Shown: positions 19,429 to 28,545, counted from the first letter of the stretch. The stretch is DNA of 32,000 nucleotides from Methylophaga frappieri (GCF_000260965.1 NC_017856.1:1860001-1892000); one strand, 5' to 3'. A program made the numbers and translations. Notes: a model not told the origin generated them from the sequence alone.

Positions 19429-19458
19429 TTGCATAAAAATGTGAACTAGTTATCATTT
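19429..19458 (+). promoter_or_regulatory. candidate tpsA promoter (TTGCAT-16-TATCAT) overlapped by a CRP-like / Fur-like palindrome
   Basis: TTGCAT is at 19429-19434 and TATCAT at 19451-19456. AAATGTGAACTAGTTATCATTT (19437-19458) matches 18/22 to the idealised CRP site AAATGTGATCTAGATCACATTT, with a perfect left half (TGTGA) and a right half TATCA. The Fur consensus match is only about 10/19. Confidence 0.4.
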
Positions 19459-19599
19459 TTATCTGGTCGGTTATGACGAAACTCGAAAAAACCTGACCTA
19501 TTCTTGCTTTTTCTGCACAAGCAGCCTTAAAAAAACCGGCCCATCAGGATAGCCTGTAAAAACTGCTACCCATCTCGGCCAGGCAAAAAGGAAGTCGCC

Positions 19600-22500
19600 A
19601 TGAACCATATTTACACGTTGATTTGGAACGCTGCTTTAGGCTTATGGCAAGTCACCAGTGAACTACAGCACACCAACGGCAAGCGCAGCAATAGTGCTCA
19701 CCGTGGACACAGACTCAAACTGCTCGCCACGCTCGGTTTGACCCTGCTTGCTCCTATCAGCTATGCCGATACCCTGCCCAGCGGTGGCAATATTGTGGCT
19801 GGTAACGGCGATATTCATGGCAATGGCACCACACTAAATATCAACCAACACAGCGACAAGCTAGCCATCGACTGGGACAATTTTTCGATTGGCAAAAACA
19901 ACGCCGTTAATTTTCATCAGCCCGATAGCAATGCCGCCGCCTTAAACCGTGTCACCGGCCATGACATTTCTGATATCCGCGGCGCATTGAATGCCAATGG
20001 CCGGGTATTTCTGATCAACGCCAACGGCATCAACTTCAGCGAGACCGCGCGGGTCGATGTTGGCAGTCTGGTCGCCTCAACCTTACCTATCAGCACCGAA
20101 GACTTTCTGGCCGGTAACTATACCTTTGCCGGCAACAGCAGTAATGCTGTAGTCAACCATGGCAACATCACCACGATAAATGGCGGCACCGTTGCCATGA
20201 TTGCCGCAGAAATCATCAACACTGGCAATATCAGCACGCCGCAAGGTCATACGCTGATGGGTGCTGGCAGCACCGTCGTGTTGGATCTGGGCGGCCCGGT
20301 GAAAATCGAAGTCAAACAGGCCACCTTGGATACCTACATTGAACAAGGCGGCGCTATTCGCGCTGACGGTGGTCTGATCTACTTAACCGCCAAAGCCGCC
20401 AGTGATATTGCCAGTAGTGTCATTAACCATACCGGTATCACCGAGGCCACCACCCTCGCCACTGGTGAAAACGGCCAAATCTTTTTAATGGGCGATATGC
20501 AGCACGGCACCGTCAAGGTGGCCGGCACACTCGACGCCAGCGCCAAACAAGGCGATGGCGGCTTTATCGAAACCAGTGCCGCGAACGTTAACCTAAACCC
20601 GGCAACCGAAATCACCACCAAAGCCAACAACGGCAACACCGGTAACTGGCTGATTGACCCAACAAACTTTACCATTGAAGCAGGCGCTGGCACACAAACA
20701 GACAACAGCATCGGGGCGAGCGAACTGCAAGACCAACTCGCCAATAACAACGTCGAAATCGAAACCGTAGACACAGGCTCAGAACAAGGCGACATCACCG
20801 TTGCTGCCGATGTGTCATGGGATGCCAACACCACCTTAACGCTCACTGCCGATAATGATATCGCCATCAACAATACCATTACCGCAACCGATGGCGGTTT
20901 AACCCTGAATGCCGCCGGTGACATTACCACCTCTGGCAGCGGTACGATTAATGTTGACACCTTTACCCTTGAAAATGGCGACTGGACACAAATCAACGCC
21001 ACCCTGCCCGACTTTGCGGTGAATGACTTCCGTATTACGGGTGGTACTTTCATCCGTGCGCTCAGTGGTGATGGCTCTGCAACCCCTTATCAACTCACCG
21101 ATATTTACGGTGTGCAAGGCATGGCGACGCTGCTCGATACAGACTTTGCTTTGGCCAACAATATTGATGCCAGCAGCACTGTGAACTGGCACAACGGTGC
21201 GGGATTTGTCCCAGTTGGTGATACCTTCACTAACAGCTTCACTGGCAGTTTTGATGGGCTTGGCAATGAAATAAGCAATCTCACCATTAACCGCAGCACA
21301 ATGAATTATGTCGGTCTATTTGGTCATGCGGGCTCAGGAAGTACCATCAAAAATATTGGTGTCACCAATGCCAATATCAACGGCAACAGATATGTCGGTA
21401 CACTGGCGGGGCAAAACAACAGCACCATTAGCAATAGTTATGCTACAGGTACCGTGACAGGCACACAAAACCGTGTCGGCGGACTGGTGGGGGAAAACTA
21501 CAGCACCATCAGCAATAGCTATGCCACAGGCACCGTTTCAGGAGCAAACACTGTCGGCGGACTGGTGGGGTATAACGGCACCAATGGCACTATCAGCAAC
21601 AGCTATGCCACAGGCACAGTAACAGGCACAGGTAACGCTATCGGCGGACTGGTGGGGATTAACGGCTTCGGCAGCAGCAGCATCAGCAACAGCTATGCCA
21701 CAGGCACCGTTTCAGGGGCAAACGCTGTCGGTGGACTGGTGGGGTATAACGATGGCAGCTCCATCAGCAATAGCTATGCCACAGGCGAGGTATCAGGCTC
21801 AGACCAGGTTGGCGGAGTGGTAGGGATTGACGAGGGCACCATCGAAAACAGCTTCTGGAATACCCAAACTTCAGGGCAAGCCAATGGCATAGGTCTAAAT
21901 CTCAATTATCAAACCACCGTAGGCCTAACCACTGCTGAGATGTTTGACAAAGACAGCTTCACAGGCTTTGACTTGACTACCATCTGGGCAAATGCGGATA
22001 ACCAAACTACGCCGTATTTACGTGGTTTAAGTGGTAATCAAGTATTTATCAAAACAGATGCGCCAACCGATGCGGCAAGCGCGGCAAATAAACACTACAC
22101 CGTGATTCAAAACGTCGACCAACTACAAGCCATGCAAAACAACTTGGCAGGACGTTATGCGTTGGGTAATGACATTGATGCCAGCGGCACTGTGAACTGG
22201 CACAACGGTGTGGGATTTGACCCAGTTGGTGAAACCTTCACTAATAGGTTCACGGGCAGTTTTGATGGGCTTGGCAATGAAATAAGCGGTCTCACCATTA
22301 ACCGCAGCACAATGAATTATGTCGGTCTATTTGGTTACACAAGCCCAGGTACCAACATCAGCAACATTGGCCTTACCAATGCGGATATCACAGGGGCTAG
22401 CTCTGTCGGCGCACTGGTGGGGGTTAACGGCGGCACCATCAACAACAGCTATGCCTCAGGCACCGTTTCAGGTACAAGCACTGCTGTCGGCGCACTGGCG

Positions 22501-25500
22501 GGACGGAGCAATGGCACCATCAGTAACAGCTATGCCACAGGCACTGTTTCAGGCTTAGGCGCTGTTGGTGGCCTGGTGGGAGTTAACAGCACCAACAGCA
22601 GCATAAGCAACAGCTATGCCACCGGCACAGTGACAAGTGTAAGTGATGTCGGCGGACTGGTGGGGATTAACGGCATCAATGCCACTATCAGCAACAGCTA
22701 TGCCACAGGCGGCGTGTCTGGCTCAGGCTATGTCGGTGGATTGGCAGGATATAGTGAAGGCAACATCGAAAACAGCCACGCCACCGGCACGGTGTCAGGT
22801 ACAACTCAAGTCGGCGGACTGGTGGGGGGTAACGACCTTATCACCATCAGCGATAGCTATGCCACCGGTGAGGTATCAGGCATAGACCGAGTTGGCGGAC
22901 TAGTGGGGTATAACTACGCCAGCATCATCAGCAACAGCTATGCCACCGGTGCGGTGTCAGGTACAGACATCAATGTCGGCGGACTGGTGGGAGCTAACGG
23001 GGGCAGCAACAGCAACGGCATCAGCAGCATCAGCAACAGCTATGCCACTGGCACAGCGACAGGTACAGATCAAGTCGGCGGACTGGTAGGGTTTAACGGC
23101 TTCGGCAGCAGCATCAGCAACAGCTATGCCACCGGCGCCGCATCGGGCACAGACTATGTCGGCGGACTGGCAGGAGTTAACTCCCACACCATCAGCAACA
23201 GCTATGCTACAGGCGCTGTTTCAGGCCAATTCGCTGTCGGCGGACTAGTGGGACAAAACCTAGTCGACATCGAAAACAGCTTCTGGGATACCGATACAAC
23301 AGGCACAACAACAGGTATTGGTGAGAACACTGGCTTGATCACCACTATTTTTGGCAAAACCACCGCTGAGATGCAGCAACTTGCCACCTTTACCGATGCG
23401 GGCTGGGATATTGATGATGCCGGCGGTACCGGCAAAATCTGGCGCATCTATGAAGGCCACACCACCCCCTTGCTACGCAGCTTCCTGACACCGCTGAATA
23501 TAGCGCCAGACTACGATGGCACAGGCACTGCCTTACCCAGTCTTGCCAAGGTAACGGTGCCAACCACTGGCGTGGATAGCACAAAAGTAAACGGCACATT
23601 AACCCAAGGCGACAGCTTAACCCTGACTAGCGCTACAGATGGGCAGTACACCGCCACCGCCAATGCTTCAGGTTTGTACTCTACCCAGGATGGCTATGAC
23701 ATTACTTATAGCCGTGATATTGAAACCACCGGCACAACCGCAGGCAATATTCAAATCGATAACGGTGTTGAATGGACAGACGGTCATTTAATTATTCAAG
23801 GCAATGTTACTGATGCCGCCGCTATTCAAGGCGGTACAGATAGTATCTTTACGCTAGAAAATGGCGACTGGACACAAATCAACGCCACCCTGCCCGACTT
23901 TGCGGTGAATGACTTCCGTATTACGGGTGGTACTTTCATCCGTGCGCTCAGTGGTGATGGCTCTGCAACCCCTTATCAACTCACCGATATTTACGGTGTG
24001 CAAGGCATGGCAACGCTGCTCGATACAGACTTTGCTTTGGCCAACAACATTGATGCCAGCGGCACTGTGAACTGGCACAACGGTGCGGGATTTGTCCCAG
24101 TTGGTGATACATCCACCAACTTCACGGGCAGTTTTGATGGGCTTGGCAATGAAATAAGCAGTCTCACCATTAACCGTGGCACAATGAATTATGTCGGTCT
24201 ATTTGGTCGTGCAGGCTCAGGTAGTACCATCAAAAATATTGGTGTCACCAATGCCAATATCAAAGGCTACAGATATGTCGGTACACTGGCGGGGCAAAAC
24301 TACAGCACCATTAGCAATAGTTATGCTACAGGTACCGTGACAGGCACACAAGACCGTGTCGGCGGACTGGTGGGGGAAAACTACAGCACCATCAGCAATA
24401 GCTATGCCACAGGCACCGTTTCAGGAGCAAACACTGTCGGCGGACTGGTGGGGTATAACGATGGCATTTCCAGCACCATTAGCAATAGCTATGCCACCGG
24501 CACCGTGTCCGGAACAGGCTATATCGGCGGACTGGTGGGAGAGAACACCTTCGACGGCACCATCAACAACAGCTATGCCACAGGCACCGTTTCAGGGGCA
24601 AACACTGTCGGTGGACTAGCGGGGTATAACGATGGCAGCTCCATCAGCAACAGCTATGCCACAGGCGAGGTATCAGGCTCAGACCAGGTTGGCGGAGTGG
24701 TAGGGATTGACGAGGGCACCATCGAAAACAGCTTCTGGAATACCCAAACTTCAGGGCAAGCCAATGGCGTTGGCGTTGGATCTACCACAGGCGTCACCGG
24801 CAAAACCACCGCTGAGATGCAGCAACTTGCCACCTTTACCGATGCGGGCTGGGATATTGATGATGCCGGCGGTACCGGCAAAATCTGGCGCATCTATGAA
24901 GGCCACACCGCGCCACTCCTGCGTAGTTTTCTGAGTCCATTAACGGCCAATATTAGCGGCACGAACATGGTTGAATATAACGGCACGAATCAGTTTGCGG
25001 TCAGTCTTGCAGATATCGGCTTTACCCCGACTGATTACGACAGCGCCCAAGTAGCCATAGGCGCTGATGGGCGTTTTCAAACAGCCAGTAAAGATGTTGG
25101 CAGCTATACCGGTAGCGACTTGACCTTTACTAACGCTATTTACTCAACACAGCAAGGCTACGACCTCACCGTAAATATCGATGCTAATGTCAGTGTCGAG
25201 ATCACGCCCAAAGCCCTGACCTTAAGCGGCATTCAGGCCAATAACAAAGTCTATGATGGCACCACCAGCGCCGTGATCAGTGGTAACGCCAGCCTTGGCG
25301 GGCTGATTTCCGGTGACAGTGTTGCTTTGAGCAATGGCACCATCAGCGGCAGCTTTGCTGATAAAAACGTCGGCATGGATAAGGCGATCACGGTGACCGG
25401 CTATGGCCTGTCCGGTGCGGATGCGGGTAACTACCGGCTTGCCCAGTCCTCTGACATCACTGCGGATATTACGCCTAAAGCCCTGACCTTAAACGGCATT

Positions 25501-26787
25501 CAGGCCAATAACAAAGTCTATGATGGTACCACCAGCGCAGTGATCAGCGGTAACGCCAGTCTAGGTGGGCTGATTGCCGGTGACAATGTAGCATTGAACA
25601 GCAGCACCATCAGTGGCAGCTTTGCCGATAAAAATGTCGGTACCGGCAAGGCGGTCAACGTCACCGGCTATGGCCTGGCGGGCGTAGATGCCGCTAACTA
25701 CCGGCTTGCCCAGTCCACTGGTATCACTGCGAATATCACACCCAAAGCGCTGATCCTGACCGCCATTAACGATAGCAAAATCTATGATGGCACGACCCTC
25801 TCCTCTGGCGAAGTGCAGGCAGATGGATTGGTCGCTGGTGATAGCGTGGCAGGACTAACGCAGGTGTATGACAACAAAAATGCCGGTACAGGTAAAACCC
25901 TAAGCGTTGTCGAAACCGGTTATACCGTCACCGATACTGATAGTGCCGATATGCTGAATAACTATGCAGTGACCTATGTTGCTGACAGCAGCGGCGTGAT
26001 TACGCCCAAAGCCCTGACCTTGACTGCCGTCACTGACAGCAAAACCTATGATGGCACGACCCTCTCCTCTGGCGAAGTGCAGGCAGATGGATTGGTCGCT
26101 GGTGATAGCGTGGCAGGACTAACGCAGGTGTATGACAACAAAAATGCCGGCACCGGTAAAACCTTAAACGTTGTCGAAACTGGCTATACCGTCACCGATG
26201 CTGATAGTGCCGATATGCTGAATAACTATGCGGTGACCTATGTTGCTGACAGCAGCGGCGTGATTACGCCCAAAGCCCTCATCCTGACTGCCGTACCTGA
26301 CAGCAAAACTTACGACGGTAGCACCGTATCTGGTGGCGTCGTTCAGGTTGATGGACTAGTGGCCGGTGACAGCGCAGCCGGCATGATGCAGGTGTATGAC
26401 AACAACGCGATCGGCACCGATAAAACCTTAAGTGTTGTCGAAACCGGCTACAGCCTTATCGATGGCGATAATGCCGACATGCGCCAGAACTACAGCGTCA
26501 GTTACGTTGACAACACTTCTGGGGTCATCACACCGTTGGTAAACCGCCAAATCAATTCAGCCATTGCCTCGGCTCAGCAACTGTTCGACCCGAGTCAGAC
26601 TGAACCGGCTGGTGCCGACGCCAATTGGAACCCGCTCGATCAAGCTGACGTCGGGTCGAATCAAACCGACCAGCCCGATACCAGTGAGTTGAGTCAGTCT
26701 GATCAAGATGACGCCGAGGCGAGCCAACAAGGTCATGGCCAGACCGTCATCATCGTTGAAGGCACCGGAATCCGGTTACCTGAATAA
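19600..26787 (+). CDS. two-partner-secretion exoprotein (TpsA, filamentous-haemagglutinin family) with GLUG-motif modules and YDG/MBG repeats
   Basis: 2395-aa ORF with an AGGAAG SD. It has an extended signal peptide (MNHIYTLIWNAALGLWQVTSE..APISYA/D). The TPS/haemagglutination-activity domain reads ..AIDWDNFSIGKNNAVNFHQPDSNAAALNRVTG..LNANGRVFLINANGINF. The GGFIETSA..WLIDPTNFTI junction follows. Three modules then carry 5, 10 and 5 units of I(S/E)NSYATGxVxGxxxVGGLVGxN. Five 88-89-aa KxYDGTT..GD.V..KN(V/A)G..NY units come next, followed by an acidic D/Q/S-rich C-terminal tail. Confidence 0.9.
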   Translation: MNHIYTLIWNAALGLWQVTSELQHTNGKRSNSAHRGHRLKLLATLGLTLLAPISYADTLPSGGNIVAGNGDIHGNGTTLNINQHSDKLAIDWDNFSIGKNNAVNFHQPDSNAAALNRVTGHDISDIRGALNANGRVFLINANGINFSETARVDVGSLVASTLPISTEDFLAGNYTFAGNSSNAVVNHGNITTINGGTVAMIAAEIINTGNISTPQGHTLMGAGSTVVLDLGGPVKIEVKQATLDTYIEQGGAIRADGGLIYLTAKAASDIASSVINHTGITEATTLATGENGQIFLMGDMQHGTVKVAGTLDASAKQGDGGFIETSAANVNLNPATEITTKANNGNTGNWLIDPTNFTIEAGAGTQTDNSIGASELQDQLANNNVEIETVDTGSEQGDITVAADVSWDANTTLTLTADNDIAINNTITATDGGLTLNAAGDITTSGSGTINVDTFTLENGDWTQINATLPDFAVNDFRITGGTFIRALSGDGSATPYQLTDIYGVQGMATLLDTDFALANNIDASSTVNWHNGAGFVPVGDTFTNSFTGSFDGLGNEISNLTINRSTMNYVGLFGHAGSGSTIKNIGVTNANINGNRYVGTLAGQNNSTISNSYATGTVTGTQNRVGGLVGENYSTISNSYATGTVSGANTVGGLVGYNGTNGTISNSYATGTVTGTGNAIGGLVGINGFGSSSISNSYATGTVSGANAVGGLVGYNDGSSISNSYATGEVSGSDQVGGVVGIDEGTIENSFWNTQTSGQANGIGLNLNYQTTVGLTTAEMFDKDSFTGFDLTTIWANADNQTTPYLRGLSGNQVFIKTDAPTDAASAANKHYTVIQNVDQLQAMQNNLAGRYALGNDIDASGTVNWHNGVGFDPVGETFTNRFTGSFDGLGNEISGLTINRSTMNYVGLFGYTSPGTNISNIGLTNADITGASSVGALVGVNGGTINNSYASGTVSGTSTAVGALAGRSNGTISNSYATGTVSGLGAVGGLVGVNSTNSSISNSYATGTVTSVSDVGGLVGINGINATISNSYATGGVSGSGYVGGLAGYSEGNIENSHATGTVSGTTQVGGLVGGNDLITISDSYATGEVSGIDRVGGLVGYNYASIISNSYATGAVSGTDINVGGLVGANGGSNSNGISSISNSYATGTATGTDQVGGLVGFNGFGSSISNSYATGAASGTDYVGGLAGVNSHTISNSYATGAVSGQFAVGGLVGQNLVDIENSFWDTDTTGTTTGIGENTGLITTIFGKTTAEMQQLATFTDAGWDIDDAGGTGKIWRIYEGHTTPLLRSFLTPLNIAPDYDGTGTALPSLAKVTVPTTGVDSTKVNGTLTQGDSLTLTSATDGQYTATANASGLYSTQDGYDITYSRDIETTGTTAGNIQIDNGVEWTDGHLIIQGNVTDAAAIQGGTDSIFTLENGDWTQINATLPDFAVNDFRITGGTFIRALSGDGSATPYQLTDIYGVQGMATLLDTDFALANNIDASGTVNWHNGAGFVPVGDTSTNFTGSFDGLGNEISSLTINRGTMNYVGLFGRAGSGSTIKNIGVTNANIKGYRYVGTLAGQNYSTISNSYATGTVTGTQDRVGGLVGENYSTISNSYATGTVSGANTVGGLVGYNDGISSTISNSYATGTVSGTGYIGGLVGENTFDGTINNSYATGTVSGANTVGGLAGYNDGSSISNSYATGEVSGSDQVGGVVGIDEGTIENSFWNTQTSGQANGVGVGSTTGVTGKTTAEMQQLATFTDAGWDIDDAGGTGKIWRIYEGHTAPLLRSFLSPLTANISGTNMVEYNGTNQFAVSLADIGFTPTDYDSAQVAIGADGRFQTASKDVGSYTGSDLTFTNAIYSTQQGYDLTVNIDANVSVEITPKALTLSGIQANNKVYDGTTSAVISGNASLGGLISGDSVALSNGTISGSFADKNVGMDKAITVTGYGLSGADAGNYRLAQSSDITADITPKALTLNGIQANNKVYDGTTSAVISGNASLGGLIAGDNVALNSSTISGSFADKNVGTGKAVNVTGYGLAGVDAANYRLAQSTGITANITPKALILTAINDSKIYDGTTLSSGEVQADGLVAGDSVAGLTQVYDNKNAGTGKTLSVVETGYTVTDTDSADMLNNYAVTYVADSSGVITPKALTLTAVTDSKTYDGTTLSSGEVQADGLVAGDSVAGLTQVYDNKNAGTGKTLNVVETGYTVTDADSADMLNNYAVTYVADSSGVITPKALILTAVPDSKTYDGSTVSGGVVQVDGLVAGDSAAGMMQVYDNNAIGTDKTLSVVETGYSLIDGDNADMRQNYSVSYVDNTSGVITPLVNRQINSAIASAQQLFDPSQTEPAGADANWNPLDQADVGSNQTDQPDTSELSQSDQDDAEASQQGHGQTVIIVEGTGIRLPE
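20961..21577. repeat. intragenic direct repeat A, copy 1 (module 1 lead-in plus first GLUG units)
   Basis: About 97% identical by eye to 23847-24460. The offset is 2886 nt, then 2883 nt after one 3-nt indel. The stretch 20971-21125 is identical to 23857-24011. Confidence 0.9.
21721..21888. repeat. intragenic direct repeat B, copy 1 (last GLUG units and IENSFWNTQTSGQANG of module 1)
   Basis: 168 nt differing at about 4 positions from 24601-24768 (offset 2880). Confidence 0.85.
23353..23463. repeat. intragenic direct repeat C, copy 1 (module 2 closing segment)
   Basis: 111 nt identical by eye to 24799-24909 (offset 1446). It encodes GKTTAEMQQLATFTDAGWDIDDAGGTGKIWRIYEGHT. Confidence 0.85.
23847..24460. 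repeat. intragenic direct repeat A, copy 2 (module 3 lead-in plus first GLUG units)
   Basis: Partner of 20961-21577. Both encode FTLENGDWTQINATLPDFAVNDFRITGGTFIRALSGDGSATPYQLTDIYGVQGMATLLDTDFALANNIDAS... Confidence 0.9.
24601..24768. repeat. intragenic direct repeat B, copy 2 (module 3)
   Basis: Partner of 21721-21888. Confidence 0.85.
24799..24909. repeat. intragenic direct repeat C, copy 2 (module 3 closing segment)
   Basis: Partner of 23353-23463. Confidence 0.85.
25201..26526. repeat. five tandem 264-267-nt repeats encoding YDG/MBG-type units
   Basis: Units start at 25201, 25468, 25735, 25999 and 26263, each opening with I-T-P-K-A-L. Units 1/2 and 3/4 are near-identical pairs, and units 3 and 4 differ at only a few codons. 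Confidence 0.9.
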
Positions 26788-26814
26788 ATCCGCTTTACTC
26801 GGAGTCAATTTGTT

Positions 26815-28443
26815 GTGAAATCGTACTTTTCCGTTATCTTTACCAGCGCCGCATTGCTGGTCAGCGCCCAGAGTTATGCCCAAACACCTCCCGATGCCGG
26901 GCAGATCTTGCAGCAAAACCAGCAAGATCAACTGCAACCCCTGGCGCCATCTGTTGATATTGAGCTAAATGGCACGCCCTTGACCACCCCGGCACAGGGC
27001 GGCATTGAGATCGCTTTAAAGCGCATTGTGATAACCGGTAATACGGTTTTTTCATCACAAACCTTGCTGAATGAACTTGGCGATACCGCACTGGCACCCA
27101 AGGATATCGCTGGACTCTGGCAACTGGCCAATCAAATCAGCACCTATTATCGCCAGCAAGGCTATGCCTTTGCCCGGGCTATCCTGCCAGCACAGGAACT
27201 CAGCGATGGCGAACTAACCATTCAGGTGATTGAAGGGCGTTATGGCGAGGTAGACACCACTGGCGATAGCGCATTGAGCGGCGCTGTCCGACCGTATCTC
27301 GGAATATTCGAATCTGGTGAACTGATTAACACCGAGCAGCTTGAACGACAAATGCTGATAGTGGGCGATCTGCCCGGCGTTGACATATTGCCCGTTATGC
27401 GGCCCGGCAACAATGTTGGTGAGGGGGATTTGCTGGTGACCGCACAACCCGCACCACGTCTCGCTGGTTATGTTGGAGTGGATAATCACGGCAACCGTTA
27501 TGCTGGTGAATACCGCATGCTCGGCAATGTGCAGATAAATCGTTTACTCACACTTGGCGACACCTTGTCAGTCACGGCACTTTATACCAGTGAGGATACC
27601 TGGCTGGGTGGCATTGGCTACAGTTTGCCACTGGGTATCACCGGTGTGCGCGGCTTTATTGACTATGCCCATACTGATTACACGCTGGGCAAAGGCTTTG
27701 AAGGTTATGAAGGCCGCGCCAAAGTCACCACGGCTGGGCTCAGTTATCCCCTTATTCGTAGCCAGCAACGTAACTTGGTTGTTAAAGCGGCATACCGCTA
27801 CAAGGAACTGGATGATGAAATCCGTTTCGCCGATGTTGACCGCGGCACCGATAGTCATTCCTTGCCCGTTACTCTGCAATTTGACCAGCGTGATAGCTTT
27901 GCCGGTGGCGGCGTCACATTCGGTGAATTGAGCTGGACTACGGGCCGCATTAATGTCGATGCGGCACAGGAAGGTGATGATGATTACCGCTTCAATAAAC
28001 TGAATCTGCAACTGGCGCGGCAGCAAAGTCTGGCAAGCCTCAGTCCTGCTCTAACCCTGTTTACCCAGTTTCGCGGGCAATGGGCTGACCGGGATTTTCT
28101 GGATGGTTCCGAAAGTTTCCTGCTCGGCGGCACGCAGGGTGTTCGAGCCTATCCTGTCGGCGAAGGCTCGGATAGCAAAGGCCTGCTGGCACAAATCGAA
28201 TTACGTTATGCCACGCAACTCGGTCTTCAGCCGTATCTGTTTTATGATGTCGGGCGCAGCATCCGGGGGGATGAAGACGGTCATGCACGCAGCATTTCCG
28301 GGGCCGGTTTCGGTGCCCGGTATGGCTATCAATCCGTCAATATTGATGCCAGTCTGGCTTGGCCATTAACTGGCGGCGACCCGCAGTCTGATGATAAAGA
28401 CGATGAACCGCGCATCTGGGTCTCCGCGACTTACCAGTTCTGA
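26815..28443 (+). CDS. TpsB outer-membrane transporter (ShlB/FhaC/HecB family)
   Basis: 542-aa ORF with a GTG start, 10 nt after GGAG. It has a signal peptide (..SAQSYA/QTP), a POTRA-like N-terminal region and a beta-barrel ending ..VSATYQF. It starts 27 nt downstream of tpsA. Confidence 0.9.
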   Translation: MKSYFSVIFTSAALLVSAQSYAQTPPDAGQILQQNQQDQLQPLAPSVDIELNGTPLTTPAQGGIEIALKRIVITGNTVFSSQTLLNELGDTALAPKDIAGLWQLANQISTYYRQQGYAFARAILPAQELSDGELTIQVIEGRYGEVDTTGDSALSGAVRPYLGIFESGELINTEQLERQMLIVGDLPGVDILPVMRPGNNVGEGDLLVTAQPAPRLAGYVGVDNHGNRYAGEYRMLGNVQINRLLTLGDTLSVTALYTSEDTWLGGIGYSLPLGITGVRGFIDYAHTDYTLGKGFEGYEGRAKVTTAGLSYPLIRSQQRNLVVKAAYRYKELDDEIRFADVDRGTDSHSLPVTLQFDQRDSFAGGGVTFGELSWTTGRINVDAAQEGDDDYRFNKLNLQLARQQSLASLSPALTLFTQFRGQWADRDFLDGSESFLLGGTQGVRAYPVGEGSDSKGLLAQIELRYATQLGLQPYLFYDVGRSIRGDEDGHARSISGAGFGARYGYQSVNIDASLAWPLTGGDPQSDDKDDEPRIWVSATYQF

Positions 28444-28476
28444 TTCAGATAAAACAACCCGCCAGCAAATAAGTGC

Positions 28477-28507
28477 TTGACTCTGGAGTCTGCTCCAGAC
28501 TTATAGT
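28477..28507 (+). promoter_or_regulatory. MerR-type promoter/operator: TTGACT - 19-bp spacer with dyad TCTGGAG-tctg-CTCCAGA - TATAGT
   Basis: The -35 is at 28477-28482, the 19-nt spacer at 28483-28501 and the -10 at 28502-28507. The dyad lies inside the spacer. The over-long spacer is the hallmark of MerR-family activated promoters. As I recall it, the sequence closely resembles the E. coli zntA operator. Confidence 0.75.
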
Positions 28508-28545
28508 CTTCATCATAGTTATCTATCTCTTGATGGAGAGAGCGA

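Noticed and set aside
20083-24934. Many alternative-frame and antisense ORFs inside tpsA (for example 20379-21053, 224 aa; 22319-22558; 22643-22885; 23854-24078; 24356-24619)
   Set aside because: The periodic, stop-poor Gly/Ser/Thr/Asn-rich repeat DNA leaves several frames open. These ORFs repeat with the same period as the GLUG units (SADWWG-type peptides) and lie wholly within a well-supported 2395-aa gene.
19600-26787. Idea that TpsA is a CdiA-type contact-dependent inhibition toxin
   Set aside because: There is no VENN or pretoxin motif. The C-terminus is a short acidic tail rather than a toxin domain. No small immunity ORF follows; the next gene is tpsB.
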